In this document: positions 8,680 through 15,799 of the stretch, piece by piece
Numbering within the stretch: position 1 is the stretch's first letter
Layout of the letters: the number at the start of each line of letters is the position of its first letter
Source: Candidatus Heimdallarchaeota archaeon
GTDB lineage: Archaea > Asgardarchaeota > Heimdallarchaeia > Heimdallarchaeales > Heimdallarchaeaceae
Assembly: GCA_016839945.1 (NCBI GenBank)
Contig: JAEOTE010000052.1
Span: forward strand, 1 to 18,426
Length of the DNA: 18,426 bases
Reading direction: 5' to 3'
Program-made: the position numbers and the translations under genes
Notes under the pieces: model-generated
Seen by the model: only the letters and a program-made list of their open reading frames with translations
Databases searched by the model: none
Told to the model about the DNA's origin: nothing

Positions 8680-8761
8680 CGTTTAAGTTAATATATTAGA
8701 TGATTTTATAAGTAAATATTATATCTGTATAAATAGTAAAAACTCAGAATATGTGATGAGC

Positions 8762-9073
8762 ATGGTAACAATAAACGAAGCACAAAGAAAGTTGCTGGAA
8801 TTGATTAATAGCAGAAATAGTGTAAAACAATTAGATGTAATGAATATTCCAAAAACTCCTAGTAGAATAATGGGAGAAAAAATGTTAAACGCTTTTGCTA
8901 GTCAGATTTTAGATGATTGTGAAGGATTGGAATGTGATCCAACAATCGAAGACGAGTTAATTGAAAGTTTATTGAGCACATTAGCTTTAGCAGGAATAGT
9001 GGGAGTAGATTTAGAAAGAAAATTATTAGAAATATTGGGATTAATGGAAATAGTTACAGCAGATAGCTCATAG
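8762..9073 (+). CDS. Small hypothetical protein with degenerate MazG-like (all-alpha NTP pyrophosphatase) pattern
   Basis: TINEAQRKLLELINSRNS and IEDELIESLLSTLALAGIVGVDLE resemble the ends of MazG-like proteins; acidic catalytic motif not conserved. Alternative starts 8753 (GTG) or 8756 (ATG); TATAAATA at 8728-8735. Confidence 0.7.
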   Translation: MVTINEAQRKLLELINSRNSVKQLDVMNIPKTPSRIMGEKMLNAFASQILDDCEGLECDPTIEDELIESLLSTLALAGIVGVDLERKLLEILGLMEIVTADSS

Positions 9074-9210
9074 AGCACTTTCCAGTTTTTTCCTAATCTC
9101 TTTTTAAGGTTAGTTTAAAGGACGAGAACTTTCTAATTTTAAACTCAACAAACTAACAAACTGAATGCAGTTGTTACACAATTGTGACATTAAATGTGTA
9201 ATAAGAGTAT

Positions 9211-10122
9211 CTAATTTGTTGATAAGCAATATACTGCTGAATGGCTTGAGGTGTCTATGAATTTAATACGAAAATCATTATCCCTTATTATTTTCTTTAA
9301 ATCATCAGGATTAATGAACTCCCTTATATTTCTATAAATTTCCCTTTCTTCTAATTTGTATTGCAGTGTTAGTCTATTGTATGAAGAATAATTTATTGCT
9401 TGCATTCCATAATCCTTCTTAACTGCTGGAAATTGATAATGTTCTCCAGCGATAATATCTTTACCTAGTTCTATTAATAACTCTCCGCTGTGATTCTCCC
9501 TTAAATTTTCTGGATTGTACTTGTTATCATTTGCTTTTGGTTTGTAGGTTGAAAAAATCCATAATCCACCAGGATTCAAGTGTTTTCTAATAGCTGAGAA
9601 TAAATCTCCTAACATTGAAATAGGGAAACTGGGAAATGTATTCATTGGTAAAACTATTACATCAAATTGCCTTTGATACGCTTTGTTAATCTTTAAGAAA
9701 TCATCAAAGATAATATTGCAATTCTCTAACAGCGAGTGTTTTTTTGAATAAGCTTGGAAGTATTTATTACAGTATTTACAAATCTCAATTCCAAACAATT
9801 CTGCTTTTATAGTTTGTTTTTCGTTTTCTACTGCAATCTTGTTTAGAACGCGTCCATATGCTGTACCAATCTCTAGTATTGTTTTTGCGTTTTTACTGAA
9901 TATGAATTGAATCTCTGGATCATATCTTTTAGAGTGATTTTTTCTTCTTCTCCAGAAAACATCTGCCCATATCTCTGAAAAATGTAAATTGTTTCTTATA
10001 TTTGAAATTGATTCATTTTTCATTAAAAATCTAAATTTATGAAGTTTCTGTATTTCAGATTCAATTTCATTCTTAGAATGCATATTGTCTAAATGATTGT
10101 AGTAATATATTAAATCATTCAA
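9211..10122 (-). CDS. Class I SAM-dependent methyltransferase
   Basis: Motif I ILEIGTAYGRV, post-I FGIEI, FDVIVLPMNTF, HLNPGGLWIF. Start uncertain (TTG 10122 or ATG 10083). Confidence 0.85.
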   Translation of the reverse strand: MNDLIYYYNHLDNMHSKNEIESEIQKLHKFRFLMKNESISNIRNNLHFSEIWADVFWRRRKNHSKRYDPEIQFIFSKNAKTILEIGTAYGRVLNKIAVENEKQTIKAELFGIEICKYCNKYFQAYSKKHSLLENCNIIFDDFLKINKAYQRQFDVIVLPMNTFPSFPISMLGDLFSAIRKHLNPGGLWIFSTYKPKANDNKYNPENLRENHSGELLIELGKDIIAGEHYQFPAVKKDYGMQAINYSSYNRLTLQYKLEEREIYRNIREFINPDDLKKIIRDNDFRIKFIDTSSHSAVYCLSTN

Positions 10123-10227
10123 TCTGAAACAATGTTTTGTGCGAAAATGAGATAGATGGAAATTGTTGCTGCTGATAGTTCTTAGTTTAGCTATTTTTCA
10201 AGAAATAGAAGCAAGGTTTCTATTTAA

Positions 10228-10560
10228 CTAATATAGTTTTCCTCCAAGAGGAACACTGTTATCTGGTTTGATTAAAATACAATCTCCTTTATCATCTGGA
10301 ACACCTACTATAAGCACTTCAGATTTAGAAGGACCTATTTGGCGTGGAGGAAAATTCACAACTGCAAGGATTATTCTGTTTATCAAATCTTCTTTAGAAT
10401 AATTCGCAACAAGCTGAGCTATTGATTTCTTTTCTCCAATCTCGTTCCCAAAATCAACAATCAGCTTATATGAAGGCTTTCTAGCTTCAGGAAAATTTTC
10501 AACATTTATGACTCGCCCAACTCTTATATCAACTTTCATAAAATCTTCAAACTTTATCAT
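10228..10560 (-). CDS. csaA: CsaA/Trbp111-type OB-fold tRNA-binding protein / export chaperone
   Basis: FEDFMKVDIRVGRV, FPEARKPSYKL.VDFG.EIG.KKS.AQ, VVNFPPRQIG..KSEVLI.G, PLGGKLY are CsaA signature segments. Confidence 0.9.
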   Translation of the reverse strand: MIKFEDFMKVDIRVGRVINVENFPEARKPSYKLIVDFGNEIGEKKSIAQLVANYSKEDLINRIILAVVNFPPRQIGPSKSEVLIVGVPDDKGDCILIKPDNSVPLGGKLY

Positions 10561-10639
10561 TACAGAAATGAAAATATAGTCTGTAATAAATCTTGTACAG
10601 TAAGAAAGATATTTTAAACAACAATATACCTTTTAATAG

Positions 10640-11185
10640 ATGATTGGGCTAAAACGCGGAAGTGTTAAATTAGAGAACTACAATGAAAAGTGGAAAGATA
10701 TTTTTGCAGAAGAATCCAAGCTAATTTCCTCTAAAATAAATAAATTTCTAATTGATATTCAACACACAGGGAGCACAGCAATTCCTGGTATAGCTGCTAA
10801 ACCAATCATAGACATTGCAGTTGCAATAGATTCTCTATCTAATATTGATGAAATTACACAAATATTACATGAATTAGGATACCAATACAGAGGTGAACAA
10901 GGTATCCCTGGAAGACATCTGTTTGCAAAAGGAGACGAAGAAAACAGAACGCACTATTTGCACATTATGGAAAAAAGCCACCATGAATGGAAAAACAGTA
11001 TTTTATTTAGAGATTATCTAAAATCAAATTCTAAAGTAGCAAAAGAGTATGACAACTTAAAAAGAAAGCTAGCTAAGAAATATGAGTCTGATAGAGGGAA
11101 ATATACTGAAGGTAAATCCAAATTCATACAGAAGATAATTGAGAATGCTATTTTATCTAAAAATGGAGCCTCGGGGGGGACTTGA
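10640..11185 (+). CDS. GrpB family (UPF0157) nucleotidyltransferase-fold protein
   Basis: HTGSTAIPGIAAKPIIDI, RTHYLHI, ILFRDYL, EYDNLKRKLA, YTEGKSKFI. The last codons overlap tRNA-Thr in antisense. Confidence 0.93.
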   Translation: MIGLKRGSVKLENYNEKWKDIFAEESKLISSKINKFLIDIQHTGSTAIPGIAAKPIIDIAVAIDSLSNIDEITQILHELGYQYRGEQGIPGRHLFAKGDEENRTHYLHIMEKSHHEWKNSILFRDYLKSNSKVAKEYDNLKRKLAKKYESDRGKYTEGKSKFIQKIIENAILSKNGASGGT

Positions 11186-11238
11186 ACCCCCGACTAATTG
11201 ATTACAAGTCAATCACTCTGCCTCTGAGTTACCGAGGC
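11164..11238 (-). tRNA. tRNA-Thr (anticodon TGT)
   Basis: Reverse complement GCCTCGGTAACTCAGAGGCAGAGTGATTGACTTGTAATCAATTAGTCGGGGGTTCAAGTCCCCCCCGAGGCTCCA forms a cloverleaf; anticodon arm ATTGA-CTTGTAA-TCAAT; U73; encoded CCA. Confidence 0.97.
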
Positions 11239-11352
11239 TTTTTCTGCAAAGAGTTTGAAGGTAATCCAATAAAAAGTATTTTGATTGTCACTAAATTATT
11301 AAACGAATTAGCTGGAAAAATGTTATAAAACAATGAATTAATATTTAGCTTG

Positions 11353-12630
11353 ATGAAAATCGAAGAAGTAAGTCCGGAATCCTTTGTAAAACTAACAAGA
11401 GAGTTTGATAAATTAGTAGATGATAATGAGACTGGTAGTATCCTGTGTATGGTTTATCAAAAAGGGAAATTAGCATATTGCAATAAATTTGGTTGGAAGG
11501 ATAAGAAGAAAAATATTCCAATCGAATTTGATGATATTTTTAGGATCTATTCAATGACTAAACCAATTATCTGTTTAGCAGCTCTAATTCTCTATGATGA
11601 AGGAAAATTCAATTTAGATGATCCACTTGAGAAGTATTTACCTGAGTATAAATCACTGAAGGTTTTGAAATCATATAATGAAGAAACAGGTGAAGTAGAA
11701 TTAGAAGAAGCTAAGGAAAAGATAACAATAAAAAATCTATTCACTCATACTTCTGGACTTAGTTATGGCTTCTATCCTGGTGTTCCTATTGACAAATTAT
11801 ATGGGGAAAAATTTGGATTTAAAGGTGAACATAGAATCAAATCTGTACTTGAATCATTACAACAATTGGATTTTTTGGAAGAATTTAGTAAGAGTTTAGC
11901 AACACTCCCTTTGGCTTTTGAGCCAGGTTCACATCTTTGGTATGCCTGGGGGATTGATATATTGGGTCTATTAATTGAGAAACTTACAGGAAAGAGACTA
12001 GATGTCTTTCTTAAAGAGAGCATTTTTGATAAATTAGGTATGAAAGATACTGATTTTTACGTTCCTGATGAGAAACAAAATCGGTTTGCCAAAGCATATA
12101 CGAAAGACAATGAAAGAAATCTAGTTGAAGTAGAAGGAAATATTGTTGAAGGATTCTACTCTAAGCCTAAGTTCTTATCAGGAGGTGCTGGATTAGTATC
12201 GACTTTGAAAGATTACTTCAAATTCTGTTTAATGATGCTTAATGATGGAAAATATAATGATGTTCAGGTTGTATCTAAAGAGGTTATCAACCTTATGACT
12301 TCTAACCATTTGCCGAATGGAAAGGAATATCTTGATATGCAACTGTATAAATTTGAGGATCCTGAAATTATAAAGAGAAACGAAGGATTTGGTTTTGGTC
12401 TTGGTGTTATAGTTAAAATAGCTGAAAACATGTTAAAGAGTGGCATCGGGGACTATGGTTGGGGGGGTGCTTTTGATACAATTTTCCGAATAGATCCTAT
12501 GAATGAAGTAATTTTTATTGTTTTAACACAATATTGTCCAGTAGATAATAACTGGATAGCCCCAATTGAGACTCCAGCAGTAAGCGATTTAGTTTATGAT
12601 GCATTGGGTGTATATACAAATAAAGAATAA
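11353..12630 (+). CDS. Serine hydrolase, beta-lactamase/penicillin-binding superfamily (family VIII esterase-like)
   Basis: FRIYSMTK (SxxK), LDDPLEKYLPE, LFTHTSGLSY, LAFEPG..WY, LGMKDTDF, SGGAGLVST, YGWGGA. ATG 11353 (or TTG 11350). Confidence 0.93.
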   Translation: MKIEEVSPESFVKLTREFDKLVDDNETGSILCMVYQKGKLAYCNKFGWKDKKKNIPIEFDDIFRIYSMTKPIICLAALILYDEGKFNLDDPLEKYLPEYKSLKVLKSYNEETGEVELEEAKEKITIKNLFTHTSGLSYGFYPGVPIDKLYGEKFGFKGEHRIKSVLESLQQLDFLEEFSKSLATLPLAFEPGSHLWYAWGIDILGLLIEKLTGKRLDVFLKESIFDKLGMKDTDFYVPDEKQNRFAKAYTKDNERNLVEVEGNIVEGFYSKPKFLSGGAGLVSTLKDYFKFCLMMLNDGKYNDVQVVSKEVINLMTSNHLPNGKEYLDMQLYKFEDPEIIKRNEGFGFGLGVIVKIAENMLKSGIGDYGWGGAFDTIFRIDPMNEVIFIVLTQYCPVDNNWIAPIETPAVSDLVYDALGVYTNKE

Positions 12631-12687
12631 GAATGAAAAAAAGATTTAAAAACCAAGCAAGAGAATGAAAAACGAAAGAAACAATAT

Positions 12688-12764
12688 GCCGCTGTAGCTC
12701 AGTCTGGTGGAGCAGTCGGCTGTTAACCGACCGGTCGTAGGCTCAAATCCTACCAGCGGCGCCA
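12688..12764 (+). tRNA. tRNA-Asn (anticodon GTT), with non-consensus C54 and G21
   Basis: GCCGCTGTAGCTCAGTCTGGTGGAGCAGTCGGCTGTTAACCGACCGGTCGTAGGCTCAAATCCTACCAGCGGCGCCA; all four stems pair; G73; encoded CCA; TTTAAA box at 12645-12650. Confidence 0.95.
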
Positions 12765-12781
12765 CCTCTACTTATAATTCT

Positions 12782-14077
12782 TCATCTATTTTTAATTATC
12801 TTATTCAAGGTTTTCAGGAATGTACTAATCTCCTCAAATGTATTATAATGAACTAAACTAATTCGGATGATTTTGGGTTTTTTATAGACATCTTGAGCAT
12901 AGGAATAATAATGACCTGCTCTTGTGGCTATCCCTCCTTCCTTCCACAGTCGTGTAACTACCTCTTCTTCAGGAATATTAGCAACCTCAAAAGAAAATGT
13001 AGGGTCTCTTTCGTTTAATCGTTCTAAATCAGTTATTCCGTAGATTGTTACTTCTGGTATATCTAGTAAACCTGGGATATCATCAAAACCAGTAAGAACT
13101 GCTTTAGATAAACCAGTTTCGTATTGTTCGATTGCATCCATTACTATTTTTAATTCACGTTTATGATCACTATATTCCACGTATTTTCCTTCGTAATTTG
13201 ATTGAACTTCATTGGATAACCAGCAAAAATGATCAATAACTCCACTAATAGCTGCAAACATTGCTTGATTCCTTGTTCCCCATTCAAATTTTCCTGGAGG
13301 ATTTTTAGGTGCTGGTTTCACTTTAAAGGGTTTAAGTGCATTAAGGTGTTCTTCTTTACCGTATAGAAAACTTCCATGAGAACTGAACAATTTGTAACCT
13401 GAGAATATGAGGAAGTCGCAATCTAAGGCTTGAACATCAGTTGGACCATGGGGAATATGATGTACGGCATCAACAACAAAATGTGCACCTACTTCTTTTG
13501 CCATTTTTCCAATTTCTTCTAACGGACTTTTTGTACCTAACATGTTAGAAGCTGCAGTAATTGCTACTATTTTAGTGTTTGAATCTATCAACTCTTGGAG
13601 ATGATTTATATCAAGGGTTCCTTCTTCCATATTCAGTTTAGTATAGCGAACTTCCTGTATTTTTCCACGTTTTCCCAATTCCTCCCAAGGATCTACATTC
13701 GTATAGTGCTCATAATCCGTTGTCACAACATTTTCTCTACCAGTGAGTTCTTTTCCAATAGCATAGCTTAAATTGAAAAGTAGAGCAGTAGCAGATTCTC
13801 CAGAAACAATAGTTGTTGGAGAAGGAGCATTCAGAAAATCAGCGACTGCTACTCTACCTGCTTGAATAACTGCACTTGCTTGTTTAGATTCGTCAAAAAT
13901 ACCACCTACATTAGCACTACAATTTATACGTGCATCTGTTTCAGCTTTAGCAGCTCGACCTAAAACAAGCGTTGCAGTACCATTATCAAAAAATGCACGT
14001 TTCCTACCATTGAAATCAGTAGTTGCTCTTGGAAAAGCAGCTCTAATCTGCTCTATTAACTCTTTATTAAATATCAT
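12782..14077 (-). CDS. Class V PLP-dependent aminotransferase / cysteine desulfurase-like protein (VC1184-like subfamily)
   Basis: IRAAFP, AFFDNG, DYEHYTN, ASNMLGT, VDAVH..PH, FSGYKLF (PLP lysine), FEWGT, RISLVHYNT; RAGHYYS replaces the SufS RAGHHCA motif. Confidence 0.9.
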   Translation of the reverse strand: MIFNKELIEQIRAAFPRATTDFNGRKRAFFDNGTATLVLGRAAKAETDARINCSANVGGIFDESKQASAVIQAGRVAVADFLNAPSPTTIVSGESATALLFNLSYAIGKELTGRENVVTTDYEHYTNVDPWEELGKRGKIQEVRYTKLNMEEGTLDINHLQELIDSNTKIVAITAASNMLGTKSPLEEIGKMAKEVGAHFVVDAVHHIPHGPTDVQALDCDFLIFSGYKLFSSHGSFLYGKEEHLNALKPFKVKPAPKNPPGKFEWGTRNQAMFAAISGVIDHFCWLSNEVQSNYEGKYVEYSDHKRELKIVMDAIEQYETGLSKAVLTGFDDIPGLLDIPEVTIYGITDLERLNERDPTFSFEVANIPEEEVVTRLWKEGGIATRAGHYYSYAQDVYKKPKIIRISLVHYNTFEEISTFLKTLNKIIKNR

Positions 14078-14187
14078 CTAATTAGTATTGATTCATAACT
14101 TGTTTAAAAGGTTCATACTATTGTGGAGAACATGATCTTATTTTACAACAAGATTCCTTTTAATACGATGAGCTCAGTTTCAGCGTT

Positions 14188-15027
14188 TTAAATGTAATCT
14201 GTCAGTTGTTCTAGAAACTCTATTCTTCCTTCTGGTTTAATATCTCCCCTAGATAGATCTAATACCACTCTATATATCTCATTTTCTTCATATTCATTAA
14301 AGAGTGATTCCAGGTCTGTATCTTTATAGACATCTAAATGGACTGACAAAAAGAATTTTCTATTCTCTAATTGATTTTTGTAAGGAGAGATAATCTCTTG
14401 AATCTCTTTTCCAGTTGCTCCAGCTGGATGCAATCCGTCTCCATAAATTATAGCCGTTTCTATCATATAGTCTGATGTACCTGCAACAATTAGGGGTATT
14501 TTAGAAAGTTCAGGTCTTAAAGGTCTAAAACTTACATCATGAAATTGATAATACTTACCTTCAAATGAGGTCCCACCATTCCATAAAGTTTTAATTATTT
14601 GAAGACCTTCACGAAGTTTACTACCACGCTTCTTGTAATTTTCCCCTAGAAAATCGAATTCTTTTTCATTCCATCCTGCACCAAACGTCATAACAATTCT
14701 TCCATTAGTTAAATAATCCAAAGTAGCTAATTGTTTGGCAACAATTATTGGATTCCTTATCGGAAGAACTAGAGTAGAAACTCCAAAATTAATTTTCTTT
14801 GTATGTCCTGCAAGAAAAGCTATAGTTGACAAAGGCTCAGCAATGTTATTGTATATTGCAGTAGTTGTATCACCATAAATTGTCAAACCTTTCTCATTCG
14901 CTTGCATAATATGATCAACCGTCCAAAGAGATTCAAAACCAGCTTGTTCTGCTATTCTAGCAGTTTTGATTAAAAAATCTCTTTTTAAGTTAGAATCAAA
15001 ATTTTCCAAAGTATATCCAAATTTAAT
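14188..15027 (-). CDS. LLM-class (luciferase-like, probably F420-dependent, Rv2161c-like) oxidoreductase
   Basis: AEQAGFESLWTVDH, EPLSTIAFLAG.T, LVLPIRNP..VAKQLATLD.LTNGR, GAGWNEKEF..LG, FEGKYYQF. The N-terminus (I)KFGYTLENF extends to ATT at 15027; the supplied ORF starts at TTG 15009. Confidence 0.9.
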   Translation of the reverse strand: MKFGYTLENFDSNLKRDFLIKTARIAEQAGFESLWTVDHIMQANEKGLTIYGDTTTAIYNNIAEPLSTIAFLAGHTKKINFGVSTLVLPIRNPIIVAKQLATLDYLTNGRIVMTFGAGWNEKEFDFLGENYKKRGSKLREGLQIIKTLWNGGTSFEGKYYQFHDVSFRPLRPELSKIPLIVAGTSDYMIETAIIYGDGLHPAGATGKEIQEIISPYKNQLENRKFFLSVHLDVYKDTDLESLFNEYEENEIYRVVLDLSRGDIKPEGRIEFLEQLTDYI

Positions 15028-15045
15028 TCTTAATCACCTGAAATA

Positions 15046-15438
15046 TTATTTTGGGATGTTTCTTGCAGACCAAAGCTTGTGTATTATTTTCCATCTACCA
15101 TCTATCTTAAGGAGCGAAAGAAAGTCTGTACACTCATATATTCTTTGTGTATGAGTAATAACCATTTTTACTCTAACCACAGCTGAATTATGCCAGACAT
15201 CAATGTTTTCTACTAAAAAATCACGTTTTTCATTGGTGTTTTGCTTTGGTGGAATTTTACATTTCTCTTCCCAAAATTCCATTGTTTTAAACCAAAAGTC
15301 GTTTTCTGCTGTTACACCTACATTTCGTGCTTCTTTCCAGAATGCTTCTTTAAGTAGATTGAATTTACGCTCGTACAACCCTTCTAAATAAAGATTAACT
15401 ATTTTCTCAATTTCGCTCATTTCGGAATTAACATGCAT
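15046..15438 (-). CDS. NTF2-like (putative lumazine-binding-2/SnoaL-like) protein
   Basis: IEKIVNLYLEGL....LLKEAF..A, IDVWHNSAVVRV, TDFLSLLKIDGRWKIIHK. AGGTG RBS 6 nt before ATG 15438; the supplied GTG start at 15447 lies inside the RBS. Confidence 0.88.
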   Translation of the reverse strand: MHVNSEMSEIEKIVNLYLEGLYERKFNLLKEAFWKEARNVGVTAENDFWFKTMEFWEEKCKIPPKQNTNEKRDFLVENIDVWHNSAVVRVKMVITHTQRIYECTDFLSLLKIDGRWKIIHKLWSARNIPK

Positions 15439-15464
15439 AACATACACCTAGAAGAGAACAATTT

Positions 15465-15776
15465 TTAACTTTCAATTCTTTCTAATTTGAAGATAACAGG
15501 TCTAATTCCATCTGGGCATGCAGTAATAATCATATTTTCTCCTGTCCAATCTGGAAAACCTCCTCCATTTTTTAGTACACTAACATTTTTGTATAATCCA
15601 TACCAAGCATGATGACAGAAGCCTTCAGGCATGTTACCTGTTTCATCTACAATATATTCATCACCTACTTGAATTCCACATGGAACAATAGGTTTTCCAT
15701 TAGGTCTAATAAAATCTTCACCTAATACTTCTTTTGGACTAAATTTCTTAATTACAGATATTTTGACTTTAGACAT
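15465..15776 (-). CDS. TIGR04076-like small Cys-containing protein
   Basis: VKISVIK, PC...VGDEYIV, MPEGFCHHAW, CPDGIRPVIFKLERI pattern with three spaced Cys; GGAG RBS upstream. Confidence 0.85.
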   Translation of the reverse strand: MSKVKISVIKKFSPKEVLGEDFIRPNGKPIVPCGIQVGDEYIVDETGNMPEGFCHHAWYGLYKNVSVLKNGGGFPDWTGENMIITACPDGIRPVIFKLERIES

Positions 15777-15799
15777 TTTTTCACATCTCCATTATTTTG

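Noticed and set aside
8701-8729. dif/Xer-like site (..TATAA-spacer-TTATATCT..)
   Set aside because: The spacer is 7 nt instead of 6 and the left arm matches poorly; better explained as AT-rich promoter or unwinding sequence.
9172-9202. Dyad TTACACA..TGTGTAA / CACAATTGTG between convergent genes
   Set aside because: Short AT-rich arms; could be a terminator-associated hairpin but cannot be supported from sequence alone.
12630-12672. Direct repeat AGAATGAAAAA x2 around the tRNA-Asn promoter
   Set aside because: Low-complexity purine-rich sequence; likely chance.
8137-12764. Integrated element or genomic island bounded by tRNA att sites
   Set aside because: No duplicated tRNA 3' ends, integrase, transposase or viral genes were seen in the window.
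3535-14077. cysS as an MshC-like ligase, or the PLP enzyme as SepCysS
   Set aside because: CysS retains the full anticodon-binding domain, and the PLP enzyme shows desulfurase-like class V motifs rather than SepCysS features.
15028-15048. Selenocysteine/readthrough fusion of the NTF2-like gene and the LLM gene (same frame)
   Set aside because: Two stops (TAA and TGA) intervene and the TGA is part of the AGGTGA RBS.
745-15391. Short shadow ORFs (745-930, 2066-2266, 3719-3991, 11772-12023, 12264-12446, 14966-15154, 15203-15391)
   Set aside because: All lie antisense to well-supported genes and have no recognisable motifs.
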